Positions 8,202 through 18,377 of a stretch of DNA of 64,000 bases are shown one piece after another. This DNA is from Patescibacteria group bacterium (GTDB lineage: Bacteria > Patescibacteriota > UBA1384 > XYA2-FULL-43-10 > 1-14-0-10-43-13): the NCBI GenBank assembly GCA_041671645.1, contig JBAZBD010000001.1, forward strand, positions 21,561 through 85,560, read 5' to 3'. Below the pieces are notes generated by a model. That model saw only the letters and a list, made by a program, of their open reading frames with translations. It was not told the DNA's origin and did no database searches. The translations under genes and the position numbers were made by a program. Within the stretch, counting starts at the first letter, position 1. Each line of letters opens with the position of its first letter.

Positions 8202-10544
8202 TTAAATCTTTTCGTCCTCTGGATAATCTTTGGAACTGTCATAAGTGCTACGGTATTCCGGTGTAAATCCGGTCGAAACCTGGCTCATCCCGCCTCCAGA
8301 CATTTCGTCGACCAAAACATCACGAGGCTTGGCGCCGTCTGGCGGTCCGATCACTCCGTTCTCCTCTAGTATATCGAGTAATCGTGCTGCTCTGGCATAG
8401 CCTACCTTAAGCCGACGCTGGAGTAAAGATGCGCTTGCCTTGCCAGCCGCTACGACAGTGTCGACAGCATCATTGTATAGGTCATCCTCGCTTGCTCCAT
8501 TGACTGAATTGCCGGATGATCCGTTGCGGCTAGCCCCAAAATTTGTGACTAGCTCATTGTACTGTGGCTCTGCTTGATCCTTTAGGAATTTTGTTACTTC
8601 CTCAATCTCTGGGTCAGAAACATAACAACCCTGGATACGTCGAGGCTTCTGGCCAGCGGCCATGTAGAGCATATCTCCGAATCCAAGTAATTTCTCAGAG
8701 CCAGAGACGTCCAAGATTGTGCGAGAGTCAACTTGGGAAGCGGTAGCAAAAGCAATTCTCGATGGGACATTGGCCTTGATCAAACCTGTCAAAACGTCAA
8801 CTGAAGGGCGCTGGGTCGCGATAATCAAATGCATCCCAGTCGCTCGAGCCATTTGGGCCAAACGAACGATCGAGCCTTCAACTTCTTTGGCAGAGGTTGC
8901 CATCAGATCGGCCAACTCATCGATAATAATTACAATGTAAGGCAATTTGCCCTCTGGCCCCGGATCAGAGTTGTAGGCGATAATATTGCGTTTGCCCAAT
9001 TCAGAAAACATCTTGTAGCGTCTTTCCATCTCCCAGACAGCCCATTTTAGCGCAGAAACCGTCTTGTCCACCTCAGTGACTACAGGAGTTAGAAGGTGCG
9101 GGATACTATTGTATCCAGTCAATTCAACACGCTTCGGGTCAACCAGAAGGATTTTTAGCTCCGCCGGAGAATTGTTGTAAAGCAGAGTCACGATGATAGT
9201 GTTGATACAAACTGATTTGCCCGAACCTGTCGCACCAGCGATCAGGATATGGGGCATTTTCTCGAGATCTATCGCTACCGGCTCCCCGGCTACGTCACGA
9301 CCAAGAGCTAGAGCAAGTTTGCTCTTCACGGCCGAGAATTGAGGTGCGTTCAAGATTTCACGCAGTGTAACTTTGGCAGAAACCTTATTTGGGATTTCGA
9401 TACCGACGGCGTTCTTGCCAGGGATTGGCGCTTCGATACGGATACTCTTGGCAGATAGCGCCAGAGCCAAATCATTCTGTCGAGCCACAATTTGATTTAA
9501 TTTGACGCCCTCTTTTGGCTTGATCGTATATTGAGTCACAGTCGGGCCTACATTGGCATCGCCCAAAGTAATATCCATGCTGAAGGTCTTGAGACAATTT
9601 TGGATCGCCTCGGCGTTTTTGTAAATATTGCCCGGATTCGCAACCTCGTCTAATTCTTTCAAGATTTTAATATCTGGGTATTTCCAAGCTACGCCAGGTT
9701 TGGCTGGGGTCTTAGGCGTGCGGTCTTCGGCAATTTCGAGAACTTGAGCGCGATTGACTTCCTCAAATTTGGGTGGTTTGCGGAAACCAAATCTTCTTCT
9801 AACGGCCTCAAAGACAGAAACTTTGGCGCTTGGCTGAGCCGCCTGGGCGCCGCTGTTGTTGATGTTGAGCTTGGGCCCAGTCTTGGCCTCTTCGCCCTCC
9901 TCCGACCGCTTGACGCCAAAAAGCTCCAGGATGGAAAACCCGAAGATCATAATAAGCGAGATCGCAATGAAAGCGACTGTGAGTAAAAATGTCGGGAAAA
10001 GACCGATCGCTCCCCTGAGAGGTCCAGAAATCAAATTACCAATTTCTCCGCCATAACCGCCCCTGGCGGCTACTTCCTTGGAGATATCGACGGGGATGAA
10101 TAGATGGAGGAAGGTCGGTAATGACAATAGAAGAAGGAAAATTCCGAAGAATTCAGCAACTCTGTAGCCGATTTTGCCCTTTTTGTCCTTCGGAGGGACC
10201 ATCAAACGATATGCGACGAATATAAATGAGATATCGAAGACAACTCCGCCGAATTTTCCAAACAGCCTGTAAATCACATTGGACAAGCCTTCGCCGATCG
10301 AGCCGGCTCGGCCGAAGAATCCAAGGAGGATGGTGACGCCAAGAATTAGCATTAGGATCGAAAAGATAAGCCGCCAAATTTCTTTGGGCAAGCCGAGAGA
10401 CCAATCGAAAACAAAATTGCCCCATTCGTCTTCCCTCTGATACCAGCGTCTGGTTGGTTTGTTTTTTGGATGAATTCTTTTTCTGCCCAATTTTCCCTCT
10501 TTGTGCACTCTATTATTTTTGAAAACTTTCCAGCATAACAACAA
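8202..10544 (-). CDS. ftsK: DNA translocase FtsK/SpoIIIE
   Basis: N-terminal TM segments, motor domain with Walker A (GATGSGKSVCIN), C-terminal gamma (winged-helix) domain. Confidence 0.85.
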   Translation of the reverse strand: MLLCWKVFKNNRVHKEGKLGRKRIHPKNKPTRRWYQREDEWGNFVFDWSLGLPKEIWRLIFSILMLILGVTILLGFFGRAGSIGEGLSNVIYRLFGKFGGVVFDISFIFVAYRLMVPPKDKKGKIGYRVAEFFGIFLLLLSLPTFLHLFIPVDISKEVAARGGYGGEIGNLISGPLRGAIGLFPTFLLTVAFIAISLIMIFGFSILELFGVKRSEEGEEAKTGPKLNINNSGAQAAQPSAKVSVFEAVRRRFGFRKPPKFEEVNRAQVLEIAEDRTPKTPAKPGVAWKYPDIKILKELDEVANPGNIYKNAEAIQNCLKTFSMDITLGDANVGPTVTQYTIKPKEGVKLNQIVARQNDLALALSAKSIRIEAPIPGKNAVGIEIPNKVSAKVTLREILNAPQFSAVKSKLALALGRDVAGEPVAIDLEKMPHILIAGATGSGKSVCINTIIVTLLYNNSPAELKILLVDPKRVELTGYNSIPHLLTPVVTEVDKTVSALKWAVWEMERRYKMFSELGKRNIIAYNSDPGPEGKLPYIVIIIDELADLMATSAKEVEGSIVRLAQMARATGMHLIIATQRPSVDVLTGLIKANVPSRIAFATASQVDSRTILDVSGSEKLLGFGDMLYMAAGQKPRRIQGCYVSDPEIEEVTKFLKDQAEPQYNELVTNFGASRNGSSGNSVNGASEDDLYNDAVDTVVAAGKASASLLQRRLKVGYARAARLLDILEENGVIGPPDGAKPRDVLVDEMSGGGMSQVSTGFTPEYRSTYDSSKDYPEDEKI

Positions 10545-10602
10545 ATTGGAATACCGAGTGCATTCTCCTTTAATTATAGATCAAAGCAAATCTCAGCGCA
10601 AC

Positions 10603-10635
10603 AAAAAGGAACTGTATTCCTACAGTTCCTTTTTG
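10603..10635. terminator. Rho-independent terminator after rnj (bidirectional)
   Basis: aaaaaggaactgta-ttcc-tacagttccttttt: perfect 9-bp stem flanked by A-run and T-run. Confidence 0.55.
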
Positions 10636-10655
10636 TATTGTTACCAAGATTCTAT

Positions 10656-12617
10656 TTAGACCTCGATAATGACTGGGATGATCATTGGCTTTCGCTCTGT
10701 CTCTTTGAAGAGATAATCGCCGAGTTCGTCACGAAGCTTTTGTTTGGCCACAGTATAGTCAGGTTTGCCCTTACCAGGCGCAGTATATTTGACGAAAATT
10801 CGCTTGACCTCTGCTCTGGCCTTGTGGACCAAGTCTTCGCTCTCACGCATGTAGATGAAGCCTCGAGAAATAATATCTGGTGAGGTCAGGATCTGACCTG
10901 TCTGGTGATTAACTGTGACGATGATGACGAAGATACCATCTTCTGCCATCGCTTTTCGATCACGAAGCACGATGTTTCCAACGTCGCCGACGCCCAAACC
11001 GTCAACCATGACGTAGGATGCAGGAACTCTCTTGTTGGTGACTTCGCCCTTGCCATTTGAGAATTCGATCACTTGACCGTCATCTCCGACTAGACAGTGA
11101 GCTTCGTCGACGATGCCCATCTCCCTAGCAATCTGGCAGTGAAGCATAAGTTTGTGACGCTCTCCGTGGAAAGGAATCAGATATTTTGGTTTGATCAAGG
11201 CGAGCATTAGTTTCAAATCCTCCTGATTGGCGTGGCCAGAGGTGTGAACATCCATCAATCTCTGATAAATGACCTGGGCACCAGTACGGAACAAACTGTC
11301 CATCAGGCTAGAAACTGCTCGCTCGTTGCCAGGAATTGGAGAAGAAGAAAGGATAACAAGGTCGCCCTTCTTCATTTTCACATTTCGATCTTCGCCATTG
11401 GCGATACGAGTCAGAGCGGCATTATCTTCACCCTGTGAGCCGGTGCAGACAACGACAACACGATCGTCGGCATATTTGCCAAGATCTTTGACATCAATCA
11501 TGGTGTCTTTTGGCAAAAATAAAGCTTCAAGCGAAAGTGCGATCTCAACAGTTTTGACCATGCTTCGTCCGACAAAACAAACCTTGCGGTTCAATTTCTT
11601 CGAGACATTTAGGACTTGCTGGATACGACCGATCAGAGTTGAGAATGTTGAGACAATAATTCTATTATCACATCTCTCCATAATCGACATCAGAGAATCT
11701 TCGAGAACTTTCTCGGAGATGGAAACGCCTGGTTTCTCAATATTTGTTGATTCTGAAAGCATTACAAGTGGCTTTCGAGCGCCAATCATGGCGAGTCCCG
11801 AAAAATCAGCCGGTTTACCATCAGCTGGAGTATGATCAAATTTGAAGTCTCCAGTCACAACGATGACGCCCTCAGGACTGGTAATACAAAATCCCATTGC
11901 CTGAGGGATAGAGTGGTTGACCTTGAAAGTTTCAATTTTGAAACAGCCAAGCTGGAGAGTGTCTTCTCCGATTTTCATCGAGGACATTTTGACTTTGTTG
12001 TCTAGACCAAATTCCTCAAGTTTGCTCTTGATAATTCCGAGAGTCAAAGGAGCTGAATAAATGGTCGGTGAGCCAAGTTTCTCATAAACGTAAGGAATGG
12101 CGCCAATATGGTCCAGGTGGCCATGAGTGATCAGCAGTCCTCGGATCTTCGACTTGTTTTGCTCCAAATAAGAAACATCAGGGATGACATAGTCAACGCC
12201 TGGCATAGTCTCGTCTGGGAACATGAAACCCATGTCGATAATAATAATATCGTTTTTGTACTCGATCACGGTGGTATTTTTGCCACCGGTTTCTTCAACA
12301 CCGCCGAGTGGGATGATCTTCAATTTTGGTTCGTAAAAAAACTTCGATTTGTAATTGTCATCGATCTGCTGAGCAGTGAAGCGGGGTTCGCCCTGAGCAG
12401 GCTCCTTGCGAGCAGTATCTTCCTTCTTCGGCTCAACCTTTTGAGCTGTGTATCTTGGCTCTGGGTTGTTGCCCTTTGGAGCCAAATTGATAGAGCGTCG
12501 AAATTCGTGTCTAGGCGAGTGCGCCTCCACGATATCGTGCTTTAGGGCCGCGTCCAACGGACTTGTTTTGATTGGTTTAGAGTTCATTGGATTCTGTGTT
12601 TTAATTTGTTCATTCAT
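10656..12617 (-). CDS. rnj: ribonuclease J with about 95-aa N-terminal low-complexity extension
   Basis: Metallo-beta-lactamase motif HGHLDHIG, beta-CASP and RNase J C-terminal domain. N-terminal extension contains an internal repeat (PRYTAQKVEP / PRFTAQQIDD). Confidence 0.85.
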   Translation of the reverse strand: MNEQIKTQNPMNSKPIKTSPLDAALKHDIVEAHSPRHEFRRSINLAPKGNNPEPRYTAQKVEPKKEDTARKEPAQGEPRFTAQQIDDNYKSKFFYEPKLKIIPLGGVEETGGKNTTVIEYKNDIIIIDMGFMFPDETMPGVDYVIPDVSYLEQNKSKIRGLLITHGHLDHIGAIPYVYEKLGSPTIYSAPLTLGIIKSKLEEFGLDNKVKMSSMKIGEDTLQLGCFKIETFKVNHSIPQAMGFCITSPEGVIVVTGDFKFDHTPADGKPADFSGLAMIGARKPLVMLSESTNIEKPGVSISEKVLEDSLMSIMERCDNRIIVSTFSTLIGRIQQVLNVSKKLNRKVCFVGRSMVKTVEIALSLEALFLPKDTMIDVKDLGKYADDRVVVVCTGSQGEDNAALTRIANGEDRNVKMKKGDLVILSSSPIPGNERAVSSLMDSLFRTGAQVIYQRLMDVHTSGHANQEDLKLMLALIKPKYLIPFHGERHKLMLHCQIAREMGIVDEAHCLVGDDGQVIEFSNGKGEVTNKRVPASYVMVDGLGVGDVGNIVLRDRKAMAEDGIFVIIVTVNHQTGQILTSPDIISRGFIYMRESEDLVHKARAEVKRIFVKYTAPGKGKPDYTVAKQKLRDELGDYLFKETERKPMIIPVIIEV

Positions 12618-12711
12618 AATGTTAAATCTTTATTTCTTAATTCTTACTTCTTAATTTTTATTCAATTTTTAATTAATAATTAATAATTCATTAGAAACTA
12701 GTAATTAAAAA

Positions 12712-13335
12712 TTAAATGAGGGTCTCTTGTTTCGATTGGTCCTTTTCTTCTTTTTTAAATTCTTCAATTTTGTTTAATATTGCGGGGATCTTTTGAAAAT
12801 CTGAGATCAGAGTGCTGCGGAGTCCTCCGTTGTGCAGAGCGGCGGCAGGATGGTAGAGGGGCAGATAGACAATACCGTTGGGCCGCTTGAGCGCTTTGCC
12901 ATGGATTTTGGAAATACCAGGCATTCCAGGCAAAAGCGTGGTAGCGGCGTGGCGGCCGAGCGCAACGATCAGTCTGGGCTTGATTAATTCAATCTGTTTT
13001 TCTAGATATGGGCGGCAAACTGATTTTTCATCATCTTCGGGGTCGCGGTTTTCAGGCGGACGGCATTTTACCGAGTTGGTGATAAATATTTTGTCGCGGT
13101 CGAGCTCAATGCTTGCAAGCATCTCGTCCAAGAATTTTCCGGCGGCGCCACAGAAAGGGATTCCCTCTTTGTCTTCATTGGCGCCAGGTGCCTCACCGAT
13201 AAACATTACGCGTGAACTATAATCTCCCGAACCAGGAACCGCTTTGGTCCTCGTCTCAGAAAGTCGGCATTTAGTGCAAACCGAAACCTGGTCACAAATG
13301 GCGTCGAGTGCTTCTTTTCGTTCTGTTTCAATCAT
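12712..13335 (-). CDS. uracil-DNA glycosylase, family 4
   Basis: CTKCRLSETRTKAVPGSGDYSSRVMFIGEAPGANED and FCGAAGKFLD, the 4Fe-4S UDG family 4 signature. Start taken at the internal Met. Confidence 0.8.
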   Translation of the reverse strand: MIETERKEALDAICDQVSVCTKCRLSETRTKAVPGSGDYSSRVMFIGEAPGANEDKEGIPFCGAAGKFLDEMLASIELDRDKIFITNSVKCRPPENRDPEDDEKSVCRPYLEKQIELIKPRLIVALGRHAATTLLPGMPGISKIHGKALKRPNGIVYLPLYHPAAALHNGGLRSTLISDFQKIPAILNKIEEFKKEEKDQSKQETLI

Positions 13336-13429
13336 TAAGCAAAAAATATAGAAAAATATCAAATAAGTTCAAAAAACGAAATGGCTTGAGTGCGTTTGTT
13401 TATGTTGTTATAAGATTAACACAACTTTT

Positions 13430-15979
13430 TTATTTTGTCAACCGAGCCGCCCGTTTGTCATGCACGGCGCGAATGATTTCTGCACCGAGGAACGAAATAA
13501 TGACAAGAGTTAAGAGGATAGTAATATCACGAGAGTTAAGAGCGACAATTCCGAAAACATGTCGGAGCGAAGGTAGGAATATCACAACTTGCAGAAGACC
13601 AACAACCAAAACTGAGAGCCATAAATATGGATTCCGGAAGAATGCGGCAGGGCTCTGCCAAATTCTTTTCTTCGATCGAATTGATACGACAAAAGCCAAA
13701 TTCATAAAGACCAGATAGGTAAATAATACTGTGCGAGCGTGAATTGGAGAGAAATTTTCGATAGCGTAGAGATACAAGCCAAGGCCGATTGTGAAGGACA
13801 ACACAGCCAATGAGAGGCCATAAGTCATAGAGATTTTGAGCGCGTTCTTCTTGGAGGAGCGCGGGGGCTGGCTCAGGACTTCTTTCTCTGGTTTTTCAAA
13901 ACAAAGCGCCAGCGCTGGCAAAGAATCGGTAATCAGATTGATCCAAAGAATCTGGATCGTTGTAATGGGCAGCGGCAGATTGAAACCGAAACCGACGCCA
14001 ACCAGAAAAAGCTCGACTAAATTGCCCGAGACGAGAAACACTACAATATTTTTGATATTGTCATAAATCGTCCGACCGTACTCTACCGCTGACAAAATTG
14101 TGGCATACTTGTCATCCAGAAGGACAATATCGGCCGAATCCTTGGCGATATCCGTCCCCTTTTGTCCCATGGCAATGCCAACGTCAGCTTTCTTGAGAGC
14201 TGGAGCGTCATTGATGCCATCCCCTGTCATCGCGACACAATATCCCTGACGCTGGAAAAGTTCTACAATTCTAATCTTGTCTGCCGGCGCGATCCGAGCA
14301 AATATTTTGACCTTTTTGATAATCTCTAGGAGTTCCCGATCGCTCTTTTTCTCCAGCATTTCGCCGATTATGATCTCATCGTCTTCAATCGAGATACCAA
14401 CTTTTTCGGCGATAAACCGAGCTGTTTCTGGGTGATCTCCCGTCAAAATGACTGGACGTATTCCCGCCTTTATCGCAAGCGCGATTGCTTCCTTGACTCC
14501 CTCCGACGGTTCGTCGGCCAGAGCGAAGAAGCCCTTGAAGGTCATGCCAGCCAAAGCGCTACTTTTTAGAGAACTCAAATGCTTGTCGGCTAGCGCGATT
14601 ACCTTGTACCCAAAGGCGGAAAGCTTGTGAGCCTCTTCTAATATCTTTTCTTTCTCACTTTGCTTGAGAACACAAAATTCAACAATTTTTTCGGTAGTGC
14701 CCTTGGCAATCAGCGACTTTTTACCCGCGGAGTTGACGATAACTCCCATGTATTTCTTTTCAGAATCAAATGGAATCTCGAAAATTCTTTCGTAATTTTT
14801 GGCAAAATATCGATCCAGGTGACTATGAGTTTTGGCCAGATTAGCTATCGCCACCTCGACAGAATCACCTAGAAAATCGGAATTCCCCTCCAAATTTAAG
14901 TTTGAACAAGCCAGCCCATGGACAATAAAATGACCGGCTTCGCTCTCTCTGATTCGATCAATGTTTTTCTTGGTGCTGATTTGTTCAAATTTTCCTCGAT
15001 CATAAAGACAAATCTCGCCAACTTCGAGATCGTTGTTGGTTAGTGTACCAGTCTTGTCGGTCGCAATAATGCTTACACTTCCTAGTGTCTCTACGGCTGA
15101 CATTTTCTTTACCAACGCCTTTTTCTTCGCCATTCTAGAAACACCAATCGCTAGAGCCAAAGTAATGGCGGTTGGCAAACTCTCCGGTACGACAGCCACC
15201 AGGAGGGCAATCGTAAAGGTGAGCAACTCTAGGACTTCGATCTGGCGAAATAATCCGAGCGCGAAGATGACCACACAAGCGGCTACTGCGAGCAGAGTCA
15301 GTTTCTTGGCCAGATAGATTATTTGCTTTTCCAGAGGAGTCTTTTCTTTCTCTTCGAGGGTCAGACTAGCGATTTTACCAAATTCTGTCTCCGCACCCGT
15401 AGCAACCACGATTCCCCGAGAGTGGCCAGAAACAATAATATCGCCGTTGAAAAGCATATTGATCTGGTCAGGCAGAGCCTTCTTTTTCGAAAGTGTCTTG
15501 GCGTTTTTGCTGACCGGCAGAGATTCGCCAGTCAGAGCCGACTCATTGACCTCTAGAGACTGCGCTTCAATAATTCGTAGGTCTGCAGGGACTTTCCCGC
15601 CTGCTTCGATCAGAACGATGTCACCACGTACAAGTAATGCGCTCTCGATCTCGATCACCTTTCCGCCGCGTAAAACTCTTGCCCGTGAGGTAAAATTACT
15701 CTTGAGATCCTGGAGCGTTCTCTCTGCCTTGTATTCCTGAAAAAAGCCAAAAATGACGTTAAGCAAAACTATCGCCAACAATATCAGTGATTGCGCCACT
15801 CCGTCGACAAAGTATGAAATCGTAGCCGCACCTAGGATAAGCAAGATGAATAAATTCTTAAATTGATTCAGAAGGATACGCCAAATCCCTCCCGTACTGG
15901 TCTCGACGAGAGAATTTGGGCCGTCTTGTTGGAGACGAAGACTGGCTTTGGCTTGTGAAAGGCCTGTTTCCGGATCCAC
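13430..15979 (-). CDS. P-type cation-transporting ATPase (Ca2+/Mg2+ type, P2)
   Basis: DKTGTLT phosphorylation motif, TGDGINDAPAL, 10 TM helices. The annotated GTG start may be wrong; conserved N-terminal coding sequence continues upstream in frame with no ATG (see findings). Confidence 0.85.
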   Translation of the reverse strand: MDPETGLSQAKASLRLQQDGPNSLVETSTGGIWRILLNQFKNLFILLILGAATISYFVDGVAQSLILLAIVLLNVIFGFFQEYKAERTLQDLKSNFTSRARVLRGGKVIEIESALLVRGDIVLIEAGGKVPADLRIIEAQSLEVNESALTGESLPVSKNAKTLSKKKALPDQINMLFNGDIIVSGHSRGIVVATGAETEFGKIASLTLEEKEKTPLEKQIIYLAKKLTLLAVAACVVIFALGLFRQIEVLELLTFTIALLVAVVPESLPTAITLALAIGVSRMAKKKALVKKMSAVETLGSVSIIATDKTGTLTNNDLEVGEICLYDRGKFEQISTKKNIDRIRESEAGHFIVHGLACSNLNLEGNSDFLGDSVEVAIANLAKTHSHLDRYFAKNYERIFEIPFDSEKKYMGVIVNSAGKKSLIAKGTTEKIVEFCVLKQSEKEKILEEAHKLSAFGYKVIALADKHLSSLKSSALAGMTFKGFFALADEPSEGVKEAIALAIKAGIRPVILTGDHPETARFIAEKVGISIEDDEIIIGEMLEKKSDRELLEIIKKVKIFARIAPADKIRIVELFQRQGYCVAMTGDGINDAPALKKADVGIAMGQKGTDIAKDSADIVLLDDKYATILSAVEYGRTIYDNIKNIVVFLVSGNLVELFLVGVGFGFNLPLPITTIQILWINLITDSLPALALCFEKPEKEVLSQPPRSSKKNALKISMTYGLSLAVLSFTIGLGLYLYAIENFSPIHARTVLFTYLVFMNLAFVVSIRSKKRIWQSPAAFFRNPYLWLSVLVVGLLQVVIFLPSLRHVFGIVALNSRDITILLTLVIISFLGAEIIRAVHDKRAARLTK

Positions 15980-16125
15980 CCCAAAATGCTCTAGGACTTT
16001 TGGGATATCCCATTCATAATAATTATTCTTTTGCGTAACCCCTCCTTATTTAGTCGGGAGCAGGGAGTTCGGAGTCGGGAGATAAAATTGTGGTCTCCTC
16101 CTAACTACTAACTCCTAACTATCAA

Positions 16126-18003
16126 CTAGCTCTGTTTTGGGCAGCTCCCGCCCATATCCACTGCAGTTTCGTCACCGTCCTGGACTCCGTTTGAGCAATT
16201 TGCCGGGACAGCTGTGCCCGTGCCGACGAGCCAGCGCTCCTGCCAGGGTACGTAGACTGACTTGAAAGTCCTGGTTTGCAAATCAGTACCGTCGGCGGCT
16301 GTGACTTTATAATTAAAGCTGGCGGTCGCGCCCTGATGCGATTTCTCAATTCGTTTGGTCTCCCCTGCCGCCATGGTCGGAGTTTCGACATAGACCGGCG
16401 GATCTGGGTTGGTGTAGTCATAAACCGTCGGAGTCGAGACCTCGATTTTCCGACTGTCTTTCGTGCCATAGAAGTCGAAGATGATCTTGGTGCCCTCAAT
16501 CCTTGATTGAATCAAAACCGAGTTAGCGTAATTGTTGACGAACTTGAAATCTGGAGCCGGGTCATAGATCGTGGCGTCCATCCCGACGGGAGGCTCATAA
16601 TACGAAACTCGGTATTTGTGATTTTGGCGATCGGTAATCTTCATGCCCGAATTGAGAGCAGCTCGGAATAAAGTCGAGGACACTTGGCAAAGCCCGCCAC
16701 CAAATTCTGGAGTTGTCGAATTATCCTTGATCACCAGCTCCTCAAGGTAGCCAGTCGAGGCGTCGATAGCGCCCAGGTGAGCCAGAGTCGAAAATTCCTC
16801 TCCTGGTTTGAGCAAAACTCCGTTCAGGGCGGCCGCGCCTACGGTCAAATTGTGCACACGGTTCACCGGAGAGCCTTTGAAATTGGTCATAGCAGTACCG
16901 ATCTGCTCGTTGATACCGAGACTGGCGATATCAGTATCTGCTACGTCCGGCTTCTTCTCGGTGATGACAAGAGCGATGGTTTTGGTATCAGTAGCGGCCA
17001 TATTGGTAGAGACACGGGCCAGAATTAGGCTCTTGATACTCTCTGTCACGCTATCTTGATTGAGCGAACGCCCATTTTTTGAAGGAGTGAAGACGGTCAC
17101 TTTGCCATTTTCGACAATAAGTTTGGAGCTAACTGGTTCGTTGTCTATGCCTTTGGCCAGCGCTTCGCTAAATTTTCTAATACGAGTATCGTTGGTGCTA
17201 AGCTTCATATTGGCATCATCGCTGACGAACCCAAAGAATCCGGCCAGTGTATCTTTGTCTATTTTGATCTCCTGGTCTGATCCAGTTAAAGTGATTTCTC
17301 CGCCGTCAATTATCTGATTTGCCTTGGCCAGAGCGGCATTTGCGTTTTCGATCGTAATCGTCGGCTTGTAATTTTCTCTCTCGAAAGCGATATCCAGGCA
17401 TCGGATCGCCTGGAAACAAGACTGGAAGGCCTCATTCATCTTTAGCTGGTTGAGCCTTTTGCCCTCCTGGCGTTTGTCGACAAGCGTGAATCTATCGCCG
17501 TTGTATTCCAGAGTGTAATCTTTGGCATTTTCGTCAATTTCCTTGGCGATGCTGGCAATCTTTTCGGCCAGTTGAGTCGCATTGTAGGTGTAGACGGCCG
17601 GATGGACAGAATCTTTGTAGACAGTCTCCAATTGCGCCCAAGCCGCCTTGGCGACCCTCTCGTCACGACCAACCTGCCAAAGGCTATTTACTGTTGCATC
17701 CAGATCATACTGGAGCCCAATATCGCTCGGATTGATAGAGTACTCCGCGCCAGTCTCCATGTAAATCAATTTGATCGGATTTTTGAGGACATCTCCAGCA
17801 TTTGATGATAATTCTTCTGAGGCGCTCTTCTTCTTCATCCCGCCCAGGTCGAGTTCGCCGATATGTTGCCGTGGAAAGATTTTTTTCGAGTAAAAGAGTG
17901 AATATCCAGCGAATAGAATCAATGACAACGCCAAAAGGCCCGCTACCGCTAGCAGTCCGATCCGCAGAATTTTCTTCGTTTTTGGCTTAATGTGCATCGC
18001 CAA
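16126..18003 (-). CDS. VanW-family protein with N-terminal TM anchor
   Basis: VanW-like region (NRVHNLTVGAAALNGVLLKPGEEFS), N-terminal signal-anchor, Cys-rich C-terminus. Confidence 0.65.
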   Translation of the reverse strand: MAMHIKPKTKKILRIGLLAVAGLLALSLILFAGYSLFYSKKIFPRQHIGELDLGGMKKKSASEELSSNAGDVLKNPIKLIYMETGAEYSINPSDIGLQYDLDATVNSLWQVGRDERVAKAAWAQLETVYKDSVHPAVYTYNATQLAEKIASIAKEIDENAKDYTLEYNGDRFTLVDKRQEGKRLNQLKMNEAFQSCFQAIRCLDIAFERENYKPTITIENANAALAKANQIIDGGEITLTGSDQEIKIDKDTLAGFFGFVSDDANMKLSTNDTRIRKFSEALAKGIDNEPVSSKLIVENGKVTVFTPSKNGRSLNQDSVTESIKSLILARVSTNMAATDTKTIALVITEKKPDVADTDIASLGINEQIGTAMTNFKGSPVNRVHNLTVGAAALNGVLLKPGEEFSTLAHLGAIDASTGYLEELVIKDNSTTPEFGGGLCQVSSTLFRAALNSGMKITDRQNHKYRVSYYEPPVGMDATIYDPAPDFKFVNNYANSVLIQSRIEGTKIIFDFYGTKDSRKIEVSTPTVYDYTNPDPPVYVETPTMAAGETKRIEKSHQGATASFNYKVTAADGTDLQTRTFKSVYVPWQERWLVGTGTAVPANCSNGVQDGDETAVDMGGSCPKQS

Positions 18004-18119
18004 TATTAATCATTTATCTGTATATTCACATCTTAACAACTGAGGGGAAATATTGGAAGGCCATACGAAAAATGGAGCAACTGATTTTCACCAGTCGCCC
18101 CATTTATATTTGAATCAAC

Positions 18120-18377
18120 TTATTCTTTGATATCGAGTATCTCGTTCAAAATATCTTTGGCCTGTTTTTCCTTCTCGATTTGTTTGACTTCGTTGTCAGA
18201 AATCGTCAGCACCACTATCTTGCCTTCGACGATCTCTTTTGATAATAACTTCTTGGGCAGGATTAACTCTTCGTCATTTTCATCAAGAAGGACTGCCTTG
18301 TCGCCCTCGAATCTGTCTAGAGAATATTCGTGTTCAGTTGTGTTTTTTTCTTTTCTTATCATATTAAACACAAACAT
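18120..18377 (-). CDS. DUF3006-family small protein
   Basis: 85 aa. EGDKAVLLDENDEELILPKKLL...EGKIVVL pattern typical of DUF3006. Stop/start overlap with the upstream gene. Confidence 0.5.
   Translation of the reverse strand: MFVFNMIRKEKNTTEHEYSLDRFEGDKAVLLDENDEELILPKKLLSKEIVEGKIVVLTISDNEVKQIEKEKQAKDILNEILDIKE

Noticed and set aside
12618-12711. Extremely AT-rich 94-bp spacer upstream of rnj (repeated ttaat/ttaatt).
   Set aside because: Low-complexity promoter/UP-element-like DNA. No defined hexamers I could place confidently, so it was not called as a feature.
13308-13718. + strand 136-aa ORF spanning the udg / ATPase junction, and a hairpin with downstream T-run at about 13405-13440 in + orientation.
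   Set aside because: The ORF is antisense to two well-supported minus-strand genes. The hairpin has a T-run only on the + side, where nothing is transcribed towards it, so it was not called as a terminator.
16040-16125. Short direct repeats (tcgggag x3, ctaact x3) in the vanW / ATPase spacer; looked for CRISPR-like or tRNA structure.
   Set aside because: Repeats are 6-7 bp only and irregularly spaced. No cloverleaf and no repeat-spacer periodicity. Most likely RBS/UTR sequence (AAGGAGGGG).
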